Positions 38,055 through 47,322 of a stretch of DNA of 64,000 nucleotides are shown here, piece after piece. Location: NCBI GenBank assembly GCA_964443525.1, contig CAYUCY010000001.1, positions 4,888-68,887 of the forward strand. The letters run 5' to 3'. Source of the DNA: an uncultured Thiotrichales bacterium. Lineage in GTDB: Bacteria; Pseudomonadota; Alphaproteobacteria; Caedimonadales; Caedimonadaceae. The notes under the pieces are model-generated. The model was not told the origin of the DNA and did no database searches. It saw only the letters and a program-made list of their open reading frames with translations. The translations under genes and the position numbers were made by a program. Every line of letters begins with the position of its first letter. Position 1 is the first letter of the stretch.

Positions 38055-39326
38055 ATGGCAAATTTTAAAAGCTATCCGCTCCCCAAACCTCTCCTCAATG
38101 CTCTTGACCACATGGGGTATCAAGCACCGACACCGATTCAAGGAGAGGCTATTCCCAATGCTCTTCAAGGCAAAGATATTCTAGGGTCCGCCCAAACGGG
38201 AACCGGGAAGACGGCTGCTTTCGCCATTCCTCTCGTTGCAAAGCTCATCGAGGATGAAGCCTCAACCGCTCTTATTTTAACGCCGACTCGAGAACTTGCA
38301 AGTCAAGTCATGCAAGTTGTTAAAGAAATGACCAGGAGTTTTCCCAAGTTGAAAACAGCGCTGCTGATCGGGGGAGACTCTATGGGCAAGCAATTCGATC
38401 ACCTGAGGCAAAAGCCGCGACTAATCGTTGGCACGCCGGGACGGATCAATGATCATTTGAAACGGAAAACCCTTGATTTGAGAAAAGCACGCTATCTGGT
38501 TCTGGATGAAACGGACCGTATGCTCGATATGGGCTTCGGCATTCAGATCGACGAAATTCTAAAGTATGTTCCCCATGAGCGCCAGACACTCATGTTTTCG
38601 GCAACCTTGCCGAAGGAAATTCTGACGCTTTCAGCCAAGTATTTAAAAAATCCTGTGCGGCTTGCCGTGGGGGAGACACACGCACCGGCCCAAAAAATCA
38701 AGCAGGACCTAGTGCGGTTGATGGAAGAGGAAAAATATCCCCGTCTTCTTGAAGAGCTAACCAGAAGAGAAGGGTCTATTATTATTTTTGTAAAAACAAA
38801 GAGGGGTGCTGACAAGCTCGCAGGGCTACTAACGCGTCAACGGTATGTGGCGGAAGCCATCCACGGAGACTTGAAGCAAAGCAAGCGCTTGCGAGTCATT
38901 AATGATTTTCGTAAAGAAAAGTATCGTATTATGGTCGCAACGGACGTGGCAGCCCGAGGTCTTGATATCCCTCATATCAGACATGTGATCAATTATGACC
39001 TGCCTCAATGTGCGGAAGACTACATTCACCGCATTGGTCGAACGGCCCGAGCAGGGGCTGAAGGAGAGGCCTTAAACCTCATCTCTCCGAGCGATCAAAT
39101 GAAATGGCGGGCGATCCACCGGCTGATGAATCCGAATGAACCTCGAGAAGAGAGCGGCCGAGAAGGTAGAGCCCCTCCAAGGAAATTTTCCCGCCCTAGG
39201 TCCCAAAAGCCCTCTTTCAAGGATAATGTTAAGAAATTTTCTCCCAAAAAACGCGGAGACGCTAAAAAAAACTTCCGATCAAAGAAATCTTTCGGAAAAT
39301 TTAAAGGGGCTGCGGCACGCGTTTAA
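38055..39326 (+). CDS. DEAD-box ATP-dependent RNA helicase (RhlE-like) with a DETD variant of motif II
   Basis: Q motif, AQTGTGKT, PTRELA, motif II VLDETDRMLDMGF, SAT, ARGLD and HRIGRTARAG. The C-terminal tail is basic. Confidence 0.9.
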   Translation: MANFKSYPLPKPLLNALDHMGYQAPTPIQGEAIPNALQGKDILGSAQTGTGKTAAFAIPLVAKLIEDEASTALILTPTRELASQVMQVVKEMTRSFPKLKTALLIGGDSMGKQFDHLRQKPRLIVGTPGRINDHLKRKTLDLRKARYLVLDETDRMLDMGFGIQIDEILKYVPHERQTLMFSATLPKEILTLSAKYLKNPVRLAVGETHAPAQKIKQDLVRLMEEEKYPRLLEELTRREGSIIIFVKTKRGADKLAGLLTRQRYVAEAIHGDLKQSKRLRVINDFRKEKYRIMVATDVAARGLDIPHIRHVINYDLPQCAEDYIHRIGRTARAGAEGEALNLISPSDQMKWRAIHRLMNPNEPREESGREGRAPPRKFSRPRSQKPSFKDNVKKFSPKKRGDAKKNFRSKKSFGKFKGAAARV

Positions 39327-39404
39327 GGGATCCCTCTATTTCATAGACCCTGATCGGAACTATTGTTATGATCGCTTACATGAAAATAAGAACTTTTTGA
39401 AAAC

Positions 39405-40949
39405 ATGGGCTTGTTGCGGTCGGTTTCAACGGTCGGCTTTTTCACGGCACTCAGTCGCCTTCTCGGCTTTGTGCGGGATATGCTTGTAGCTCGTTACCTA
39501 GGAGCGGGGGCCGTCGCGGATGCTTTTTTCGTTGCTTTTAAGCTTCCGAATTTTTTCAGGCGCCTTTTTGCGGAAGGAGCTTTTAATGCGGCGTTTGTCC
39601 CGCTCTTCTCACGTCTTTATGCGCGAGAAGGACTCGAGAAGGCGTGCCGAGCGACCGAGTCCGTCTTAACTCTTTTACTCTGCTCATTGATGCTTTTGGT
39701 CCTTGCCTTTGAAGTGTTGATGCCATTTTTGATGATTTTTTTTGCCCCGGGTTTTCATGACGAGCCTCAAAAACTCGCCTGGGCGATCGAGTTTTCCCGC
39801 CTGACGTTTCCCTATATTCTCTTTATTTCCCTAGCTGCTTTTTACAGTGGAATTTTAAATGCACTCGGTGTTTTCTCCGTGCCTGCTGCAGCGCCGATAC
39901 TCCTAAATCTGACCATGATCGGCGCTGTCCTTTCCTCTCAAGCGGGAGGCGAAAGCGTAGGCCATGCCCTGTCCTGGGCCGTCATGGGAGCGGGCATACT
40001 GCAGTTGGTTTGGGTTATGGGAAGTGCGTATCGAAAAGGAGCGCGATTCCGCCTAAAAAGCCGTGGAGATTCCACAAGACGACAGTTTCTTAAGACTCTT
40101 CTCCCGGGAGCTTTGGGAGCGGGGGTTACTCAAATCAATCTTTTAATTGACGTGATCATCGCATCCTTTCTTCCTACGGGCGCCGTTTCTTATCTGTTTT
40201 ATGCGGACAGATTGAACCAATTACCCTTAAGCATTATCGGGATCGCTTTGAGTACAGCGCTTTTGCCGACGCTTTCAAAAGCTTATGAGAAGAAAGAAGA
40301 GGCAAGAGCTCTTCTTCTCAAACAGCAATCCGTAATTGCCGCGATGGGGTTGGCCTTGCCCGCGATGACAGCCTTTTTGGTGCTGGCATATCCCATTATT
40401 TTGATTCTCTTTGGAAATGGTGTCTTCGCTGAGAAGGACGCTTTGATGACTTCTCATGCCCTCAAAGCGTTTTCTTTGGGGCTGCCCGCTTATGTGCTGG
40501 CTAAGATTCTCTCGGTCGGGTTTTTCGCGCGTTATGATACGAGGACACCTGTTAAGATTGCTCTTTTGACCGTGAGTTTTAACACGGGGATGAGTCTTCT
40601 TTTGATCCCTTTTTTAGGTCACACGGGGCTTGCTCTTTCAACGGCTCTGTCTGCCTGGCTCAACGTTATATTTTTGTATCACGGGCTTGTGAAGCGAAAA
40701 CATTTTCATCTCACGGGAGATAACCTCAATCTTTTAGGTCGAATTCTCCTTTCATGCGGTTTTTTAGCTCTAGCGGTAATTCTTTACATAAAGATTTTTC
40801 CAATGCCCCTAAACGGCAAAAGCCTCCGAATCCTCTGGCTCGGGGTGCTGATCGGGATAGGCCTTGTAACTTATTTGATGAGCACTCTTTTTTTCAATGC
40901 CGTACCGAAGAATATTCTTAACGAAAAGCTCTTAAAACGAGGCCCCTGA
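39405..40949 (+). CDS. murJ: lipid II flippase MurJ (MviN), copy 1
   Basis: SRLLGFVRDMLVARYLGAGAVADAFFVAFKLPNFFRRLFAEGAFNAAFVPLF and about 14 TM segments. Confidence 0.9.
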   Translation: MGLLRSVSTVGFFTALSRLLGFVRDMLVARYLGAGAVADAFFVAFKLPNFFRRLFAEGAFNAAFVPLFSRLYAREGLEKACRATESVLTLLLCSLMLLVLAFEVLMPFLMIFFAPGFHDEPQKLAWAIEFSRLTFPYILFISLAAFYSGILNALGVFSVPAAAPILLNLTMIGAVLSSQAGGESVGHALSWAVMGAGILQLVWVMGSAYRKGARFRLKSRGDSTRRQFLKTLLPGALGAGVTQINLLIDVIIASFLPTGAVSYLFYADRLNQLPLSIIGIALSTALLPTLSKAYEKKEEARALLLKQQSVIAAMGLALPAMTAFLVLAYPIILILFGNGVFAEKDALMTSHALKAFSLGLPAYVLAKILSVGFFARYDTRTPVKIALLTVSFNTGMSLLLIPFLGHTGLALSTALSAWLNVIFLYHGLVKRKHFHLTGDNLNLLGRILLSCGFLALAVILYIKIFPMPLNGKSLRILWLGVLIGIGLVTYLMSTLFFNAVPKNILNEKLLKRGP

Positions 40950-41018
40950 GAGGTCTTGCTTTTTTGCCTGGTTTTTGTCTAAGATGCGAGGGTCTTTTGG
41001 AGAAGGAGCCTGTTCCCG

Positions 41019-42569
41019 ATGAATCTTGTCCGAGCGATTACAACGATTAGCGGATTTACAATCGCAAGTCGAGTGGTCGGATTTTTCCGAGAAATGATAA
41101 TGGCGGCTTATTTGGGTCGAGGCGGGGTAGCGGATGCCTTCGTTGTCGCACTCAAATTTCCGTCCATTTTTCGCCGAATCTTAGCGGAAGGGGCTTTTAA
41201 CCCTGCTTTTGTTCCCACCTTTGCAGGGCTTCTTTCGACGGATGGGAAAGAGCATGCGCGCAGCTATGCGGAAGAAATTTTTTCAATCTTTGTCGTGATT
41301 TTGCTTGCTTTCACGGGGATCGTCGAACTTTTCATGCCTTACATTTTGCCGGTTTTCGCCCCCGGATTTGTGGCAACGCCTGAGCGTCTTGAGCTTGCCA
41401 TCACCTTTACCCGTATCACTTTCCCTTTTATCTTTTTGATCTCTTTGACCGCTCTTTACAGCGGAATCCTCAACTCCATGGAAAAATTCGCGGCTGTGGC
41501 TTCTTCTCCCATGATGGGTAATATGGGGATTATTATGACGGTTTTTCTCCTGACGAGTTTGACGAACACGATGGCAGGCACGGCATTTTCGAGCGGCATC
41601 GTCGTCTGCGGTATTATCCAGTTGCTGTGGGTTTTAGTGCCGGCTGCAAAACGCGGGATGTTTCTTAAATTAAAGACACCTAAAATTACTCACAAAGTAA
41701 AGGACTTTTTCCGTCTTTTAGGTCCTGCTGCCGCCGGGTCCGGTGTTGTACAAATCAGTATTTTAATCGATAACATGCTTGCTTCTCTTCTGCCTGAAGG
41801 AGGCGTGTCAGCATTGCATTATGCGGATCGGTTGAATCAACTTCCTTTAAGCGTCCTGGGGACGGCCATGGGGACGGCACTTTTACCGATGCTTTCCAAG
41901 CACATTCGTTCCAATCGCACTAGAGAGGCGATTGAGAGCCAGAATATGGCTTTAGAGTATTCCTTACTCCTGACACTCCCCGCCACTCTCGGGTTGATCT
42001 TTTTAGCCTTTCCTATGATTAAGGTTCTCTATGCTCATGGAAAGTTTACCCTTGATGATGCTTCAGCAACGGCGAACACCTTGATGGCGTTTGCGTTGGG
42101 GTTACCTGCTTATGTTTTGATCAAGATTTTTACGACTGCTTTCTTTGCACGAAAAGATACCAAAACTCCTCTTTATACGGGCGCCTTTTCGGTGGGGCTG
42201 AATGTAGCCTTCAGCCTCATTTTGATGCGATATTTTTCTTATGTGGGGATTGCTCTTGCAACGGCCCTTTCTTCCTGGGTGAACGTGAGCATTATGGCCT
42301 TTCTGTTGATACGAAAAAAACAATTTGAGCTTACCCGACGTCTAAAGACCTTTCTCCCTCGGGTTTTGATCAGTTGCACTCTTTCAGGCCTCCTTTTTCT
42401 GGTTCTAAGGGAGCTTGCCATGCCGTGGATTTTCCAAGACCAGTTTCATCAAATCGTAGCTCTCACCCTGATGGTCGGTGGGGGGGTTATCTCCTTCTTT
42501 TATGTTGCAAAATTCTTGGGCGCTCTTGACGTCAACGAGCTAAAAGCGCAATTTAAAGCAGCAATTTAA
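41019..42569 (+). CDS. murJ: MurJ/MviN-family flippase, copy 2 (diverged tandem paralog)
   Basis: SRVVGFFREMIMAAYLGRGGVADAFVVALKFPSIFRRILAEGAFNPAFVPTF. It is collinear with copy 1 over the full length and roughly half identical by eye. Confidence 0.85.
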   Translation: MNLVRAITTISGFTIASRVVGFFREMIMAAYLGRGGVADAFVVALKFPSIFRRILAEGAFNPAFVPTFAGLLSTDGKEHARSYAEEIFSIFVVILLAFTGIVELFMPYILPVFAPGFVATPERLELAITFTRITFPFIFLISLTALYSGILNSMEKFAAVASSPMMGNMGIIMTVFLLTSLTNTMAGTAFSSGIVVCGIIQLLWVLVPAAKRGMFLKLKTPKITHKVKDFFRLLGPAAAGSGVVQISILIDNMLASLLPEGGVSALHYADRLNQLPLSVLGTAMGTALLPMLSKHIRSNRTREAIESQNMALEYSLLLTLPATLGLIFLAFPMIKVLYAHGKFTLDDASATANTLMAFALGLPAYVLIKIFTTAFFARKDTKTPLYTGAFSVGLNVAFSLILMRYFSYVGIALATALSSWVNVSIMAFLLIRKKQFELTRRLKTFLPRVLISCTLSGLLFLVLRELAMPWIFQDQFHQIVALTLMVGGGVISFFYVAKFLGALDVNELKAQFKAAI

Positions 42570-42585
42570 AAAGTGACCAACGAAA

Positions 42586-43581
42586 ATGAAACGGATTTTT
42601 TCAGGGATTCAGCCCTCGGGCTATTTAACTCTTGGTAACTACCTGGGCGCTATCCGTAACTGGGTTAAAATGCAGGAAGAAGGAGACTGCCTATTCTGCG
42701 TAGTGGACTTACACGCACTCACCGTTCCACAGGATCCCAAAATTCTTGCGCATACGACGCGTCTGACTGCTGCGGCCTATCTTGCCTCAGGACTCAACCC
42801 GTCAAAGCATACCTTCTTTGTTCAAAGCGCCGTGCCCCAGCATGCTGAGCTCGGGTGGCTTTTCAGCTGTATCACGCCCTTAGGTTGGCTCAATCGGATG
42901 ACCCAGTTTAAAGACAAGGCTGGAAAAGATAAGGAAAAGGCCAACTTAGGTCTTTATGCCTACCCCGTGTTAATGGCGGCTGACATCTTGCTTTACCAGG
43001 CAACCCACGTACCTGTGGGGGAGGATCAAAAGCAACACCTTGAGCTTGCAAGAGATGTGGCCGGCATGTTTAATCGAACCTTCGGAGAAGACTTCTTCCC
43101 TCTACCCGAGCCCCACATCACCGGCCTCGGTACACGAGTCATGAGCCTCAGGGACGGCCTTAAGAAGATGAGCAAGTCCGACGCTTCCGATATGTCCCGA
43201 ATTAACCTGACGGATGACAATAATCTAATCGCCCAGAAAATTCGAAAAGCCAAAACGGACCCTGATCCCCTTCCTGAGACGCAGGAAGCTCTCGAGCCGC
43301 GCCCTGAGGCCTTGAACCTGGTTACGGTCTATGCTGCACTGAATGATCAGACGATTGAAGGCGTCTTAAAAAATTTTGCGGATCAACCGTTCTCGGTGTT
43401 CAAACCCGCCTTGACGGAGCTTCTCATTTCAAAAATAGGCCCTATTCGAGATCAAATGAAAATCTGGATGGAAGGGGACGATCTTGACCGAATTCTGCAA
43501 GAGGGCGCCGAAAAAGCGAGAGCTCGTGCCGAGAAATCTATGGAAGACATTAAACGGGTCATCGGCCTTTATCGAGGCTGA
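42586..43581 (+). CDS. trpS: tryptophanyl-tRNA synthetase
   Basis: [16 protein letters not shown] at the HIGH position and KMSKS (KKMSKSD). Confidence 0.95.
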   Translation: MKRIFSGIQPSGYLTLGNYLGAIRNWVKMQEEGDCLFCVVDLHALTVPQDPKILAHTTRLTAAAYLASGLNPSKHTFFVQSAVPQHAELGWLFSCITPLGWLNRMTQFKDKAGKDKEKANLGLYAYPVLMAADILLYQATHVPVGEDQKQHLELARDVAGMFNRTFGEDFFPLPEPHITGLGTRVMSLRDGLKKMSKSDASDMSRINLTDDNNLIAQKIRKAKTDPDPLPETQEALEPRPEALNLVTVYAALNDQTIEGVLKNFADQPFSVFKPALTELLISKIGPIRDQMKIWMEGDDLDRILQEGAEKARARAEKSMEDIKRVIGLYRG

Positions 43582-43608
43582 TTTGTTCAGTCACGCTAGG
43601 CAAGCGAA

Positions 43609-44043
43609 ATGATCAAGGGCATCAATCATATCAATCTGGCCGTCAAGGATACGGAGGTAGCTTTTACGTTTTACAGAGATGTTTTAGGATTTACACCTCT
43701 GTGCAAATCTGAGGGAAGTGCTTATTTCTTGGCGGGAGTGAGTGATGCGCCCAATGCGCTTTGGGTTTCTCTGGATCTTGACCGTGATGGTCTCAGAAAG
43801 CCCTCTCCCTGTAATACGCATATTGCTTTTTCAGTTAGGCAGGAAGACTTTGAGCAAGTGGTTGATAAACTTCTGAGGGCAGGCGTTCAAGTTTATAAAG
43901 AAAATACGTCACCTGGTGACTCTCTCTATTTCCTGGATCCGGACGGCCATAAACTTGAGATTCATGCGGGTTGCTGGCAAGATAGGCTTGCTGCAAAGAA
44001 AGCCGATCCTGGAGGCTGGAAAAAGGTTGAATGGTCCGTGTGA
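43609..44043 (+). CDS. fosA: FosA-like fosfomycin-resistance glutathione transferase (VOC superfamily)
   Basis: Collinear with FosA as recalled: GINHINLAV, FYRDVLGF, THIAFSV and SPGDSLYFLDPDGHKLEIHAG..DRLAA. The His/His/Glu metal ligands are in place. Confidence 0.7.
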   Translation: MIKGINHINLAVKDTEVAFTFYRDVLGFTPLCKSEGSAYFLAGVSDAPNALWVSLDLDRDGLRKPSPCNTHIAFSVRQEDFEQVVDKLLRAGVQVYKENTSPGDSLYFLDPDGHKLEIHAGCWQDRLAAKKADPGGWKKVEWSV

Positions 44044-44204
44044 CGTCTGAAACTATTTCAGAGTATCAATCGCCTGCAGGATTTAAGCAGAATCACGGAT
44101 CAGCTCCGCTACGGCGCTTTGGAAGGCGCGCTCCGCTGAGCTTTCCTACAAGGGTAAATATCATTGAACTCCACCTTCTTGTGGCCCTATTTTCGGGGTG
44201 CAGG

Positions 44205-46793
44205 TCACCCCAGATCAACTTTTTCCAGCGCCCCGACTTTCAAGAGCAAATGGGCTGCGCCAAAGTCTGTCAAGGAAAACAAGGAGTAGTCCTCCTTATC
44301 AAACTCCCAGGCTCGATGAAATACGCCTTTATCCATGAGCTTAGAAAGGGTGCTATAAAGTGTATTCTTAGGAACTTGAAGCCCCTCGTTCACAGCCTTA
44401 CGCGTTGCAGCCACCAAGACCTGTGGCTCAAAGTGCTTATAAAATGCCTGCACAATGTCCGCTTTCGAATGAGTGAGCAACTGCTTGTTCAGAACCTGTG
44501 TATAGAAGTCAAAGGTCAAGCGGTGATTTAACCCAATATCTGCAATGAGGTTCTTAACATATAATGCTTGGTGGATGGCGTCTTCGACTTTCGCATCAGG
44601 CGCGATATTCATGAGGTCTTTGAAGAAAAGGTTCGTTCCAGAGAACATCTTTTCGACCTCTGTACGAATGATATCTTCCAAGAAGGCATGAGCCTCTGAT
44701 TGGCTTGTGGCCTTATAGCGAGCTGTTGGGGACAACATATTATAACACTCCTCAATTCCTCCGTCTTTTCCAGTCGTACAGTTCTGGATGCTTGAGAGGA
44801 TCATGAGAAAATATTGTTCCCGCTCGGACAAAGCAGTGGGTGAATACGTATTATCGAGTGATTCTGCATAAGCAACCACTGCAATAAGCTTACTTGCGAG
44901 AAGGGGAACCCCATCATCTGGATTCCCTTGGACATTCAAAAGATTGGGCAGATAAGCGCTACCGAGAGATCCAGCGAGTAAGGTATCATAGTCCTCCCAC
45001 TTGAGCTGATCATTGAGACGACTGTCGATTTGGGCGCTCATCTTCTCAAAGAAGTCTTTGGAATATTGCGGTAAATCTTTAAAAGTCACGGTAATGCTGG
45101 GGAGTGCCTTCAAATATGCTGGATTTAAGCGAACGCTCGTATCATCAATCGTCTTTATGGGGAGGGTTGCTGGATTAATATTCACTTTCTCTTCCCTCAA
45201 GTTCTTTAACTTTGCGTAAAAAGTATATGGATTGAGCTGATCTTCTTGTTTACCTACTAGAAGAATTTGCACGCGAATGGCTGTTTGCACGAGTTCGTGC
45301 TCTTCATATAAACCGAGGTCTTCATAGTTGGCACTAACAATGAAGGATATCTGTCGAGCTTGGGTGACGTCGTGAGACAAGAGTAATGATGCCCATTTAT
45401 CTAGAACTTGTTTTCGAAAATTTGGATTGCTCTTCATCTGATGAGCTAAAAATACCACTGGGATGCCCTCTAAATCAGTATGTTGCATCTCATTGTCTCT
45501 GTGTAAGTCCTCAAAGGTTTCTGGATCAGTTTCCTTCATATTTGCAACGTAGCCTACAAAATCACTTCTCACGGGTTGTGGAACTACTACCATTGTGCGA
45601 ACAAGGGTCTCTAAAACTGGCCAGTCCAGAGTCTTATTATGTTGGAAGGCCACCTGGAAAATATTTCCACGCTCTTCCTTTGGAGCCATTCGAAGCGATT
45701 CCATGAAGCAGCAAAAGGCAAGAGCTCCATCCTCATTCCAGTCGGATACTAGGTCATGACTCATTTTGAGGAGCGAAACACGCTCTTCCTCCGGAATGGC
45801 TTCCATTTTCTTGATGATTTTTTCCCTGTTTTCATAGGTGTCTTCTTGGAAACGGGAAGGAGCATTGAAAAGGGTAGCTATTATCGTGTAAATTTCCTCA
45901 TTTCTCTGTCTTGAGGGGAGTAGACTCATCATCTTGAGGGTGTCAGCACGCTGGAATCCATCATCTATGCCTTTGATGAAATCCCATTCCCACTTCAATT
46001 CGGGAAGAGCAATGCCTTTTTCTAGGATTAAACCTATTATATCAATGATATAAGCACGCTCAAATCCAGTATCAAGATTTTGAATGAGCGAGGATGCTAT
46101 TTGGGTCACAGAAGCAAGATCACTTGTACGAGTTGAAGAGAGTGCCTCAAGAACATCAGCACGCTGAAATCCATCGTCGATATCTTTGATCAAGGGCCAA
46201 GCCATCTCGAGCAAATGACGACGCTCATGCCCAACAATTGATCCTATAGTTTTTATGATAGCAGCCCGACCTGACCCATCTTCTATTCCCGTGATCAAGG
46301 GCAAAGCCAGTTTAAGGACCTCCAAACGATCCTGATCTTTAAGTCGTCTAATAGTCTTGAGGATCCGAGCGAGGTCATGTTTATCAGACACATTCGCCTT
46401 GCATGCCTCAACCATACGCTTAAGGGCATTTTTTGAGAATTCATTACTTCTTTTTGGGACATGACGGGGCTCAGGACCATGGGTCTTGATGTCGAGGATA
46501 TCCTGCGTAGAGTGTTCCTGGGGTTGGGGAGCTGTTGTCAAAGAAATTGTCGGATACAGCTCAATATCAATCTCGTAAGAATTATCCTCATCACACACCA
46601 TAAGACCCTCATCGGGCCTCAGCCAGGAATCATGTACGGGTATTTCTGCTACTTCTACCCTAGGCTTTTTGGCATTCCTTGCCTCAATATCTCCCTCAAG
46701 CTGCCGTTTGGACCCCATCGCCTCATTGGCAAGAAGTGTTGCTACGAATAGGCTCATCACAACAAGAGAGTTTGAATTTTTCAATGTATTCAT
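44205..46793 (-). CDS. large orphan secreted protein with a helical tandem-repeat array and a bipartite NLS-like motif (effector candidate)
   Basis: Signal peptide MNTLKNSNSLVVMSLFVATLLANEAMG, followed by KRQLEGDIEARNAKKPRV. About 36-aa repeats recur with the core xPLIxxIDDGFQRAxxLxxL (ITGIEDGSGRAAIIKTI, IKDIDDGFQRADVLEAL, IQNLDTGFERAYIIDII, IKGIDDGFQRADTLKMM). I recognise no family for the C-terminal half. Confidence 0.65.
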   Translation of the reverse strand: MNTLKNSNSLVVMSLFVATLLANEAMGSKRQLEGDIEARNAKKPRVEVAEIPVHDSWLRPDEGLMVCDEDNSYEIDIELYPTISLTTAPQPQEHSTQDILDIKTHGPEPRHVPKRSNEFSKNALKRMVEACKANVSDKHDLARILKTIRRLKDQDRLEVLKLALPLITGIEDGSGRAAIIKTIGSIVGHERRHLLEMAWPLIKDIDDGFQRADVLEALSSTRTSDLASVTQIASSLIQNLDTGFERAYIIDIIGLILEKGIALPELKWEWDFIKGIDDGFQRADTLKMMSLLPSRQRNEEIYTIIATLFNAPSRFQEDTYENREKIIKKMEAIPEEERVSLLKMSHDLVSDWNEDGALAFCCFMESLRMAPKEERGNIFQVAFQHNKTLDWPVLETLVRTMVVVPQPVRSDFVGYVANMKETDPETFEDLHRDNEMQHTDLEGIPVVFLAHQMKSNPNFRKQVLDKWASLLLSHDVTQARQISFIVSANYEDLGLYEEHELVQTAIRVQILLVGKQEDQLNPYTFYAKLKNLREEKVNINPATLPIKTIDDTSVRLNPAYLKALPSITVTFKDLPQYSKDFFEKMSAQIDSRLNDQLKWEDYDTLLAGSLGSAYLPNLLNVQGNPDDGVPLLASKLIAVVAYAESLDNTYSPTALSEREQYFLMILSSIQNCTTGKDGGIEECYNMLSPTARYKATSQSEAHAFLEDIIRTEVEKMFSGTNLFFKDLMNIAPDAKVEDAIHQALYVKNLIADIGLNHRLTFDFYTQVLNKQLLTHSKADIVQAFYKHFEPQVLVAATRKAVNEGLQVPKNTLYSTLSKLMDKGVFHRAWEFDKEDYSLFSLTDFGAAHLLLKVGALEKVDLG

Positions 46794-46921
46794 GTTTCAT
46801 CTTTCATCTTTATTGACAATATGTATAATACAAGAGGCATGTAGTAATTGTTTTATGAATGTCAAGAAAAATATTTCTGACGGGGCACCGTCAAGTTAAC
46901 TTGAGACGTCGTGCGCAGCTA

Positions 46922-47002
46922 GTAGAGCTATCTCCAGAAAAGCTTACGCCAATGAATTGATCCCTCAATGAAAAATACAGTTTCTTTTACGAATAGCTCT
47001 AC
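46922..47002. repeat. 10-bp perfect inverted repeat pair separated by 61 nt
   Basis: GTAGAGCTAT (46922-46931) and ATAGCTCTAC (46993-47002), in an AT-rich non-coding gap. Confidence 0.5.
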
Positions 47003-47027
47003 CTATTTCTATTCTAATAGAAAAAAT

Positions 47028-47046
47028 ATTTTGATCAGATCAAAAT
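47028..47046. promoter_or_regulatory. 19-bp palindrome containing two GATC sites (possible operator)
   Basis: ATTTTGATC-A-GATCAAAAT has perfect 9-bp arms around a central A. Confidence 0.3.
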
Positions 47047-47118
47047 TTATCATTTCTTAACCTTTTTCATATAACCTTTATTATATAAGTACAGGAGGAA
47101 AATAAGGAGAACAAATTT

Positions 47119-47307
47119 TTATTCCTGCGGGACGGAATTTAAGTCTTCTATTAACTGAATACCCTCTTGCGTTCCTTTCCATATTGTTGTACAAGCGGCT
47201 TTATCTTTAAAATCGGGTCCTTGTCCATCAACAACTATTATTGCAGCTTCTTTAAAACCAGAACCATAAAATGGGTTGTGTCGTAAGTTTTTAGGAAGGG
47301 GAAGCAA
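47119..47307 (-). pseudogene. fragment resembling the N-terminal domain of a NodU/CmcH-type carbamoyltransferase
   Basis: The 62-aa ORF reads ...NLRHNPFYGSGFKEAAIIVVDGQGPDFKDKAACTTIWKGTQEGIQLIEDL. It resembles the carbamoyltransferase segment HxxH-aa-sAFyxSpFeeAAiLxxDGxGe recalled from memory. It has no start context and no remainder of the roughly 580-aa protein. Confidence 0.35.
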
Positions 47308-47322
47308 GCAACGAAGGAGATC

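Noticed and set aside
44031-44531. 166-aa + strand ORF overlapping the 3' end of the 862-aa gene
   Set aside because: It has no recognisable family and odd composition, and it lies entirely antisense to, or trailing from, better-supported genes. It is likely a shadow ORF.
46813-46829. Perfect TTGACA and TATAAT hexamers as a sigma-70 promoter
   Set aside because: The hexamers are only 5 nt apart, against the required 16-18 nt. They also point away from the adjacent minus-strand gene.
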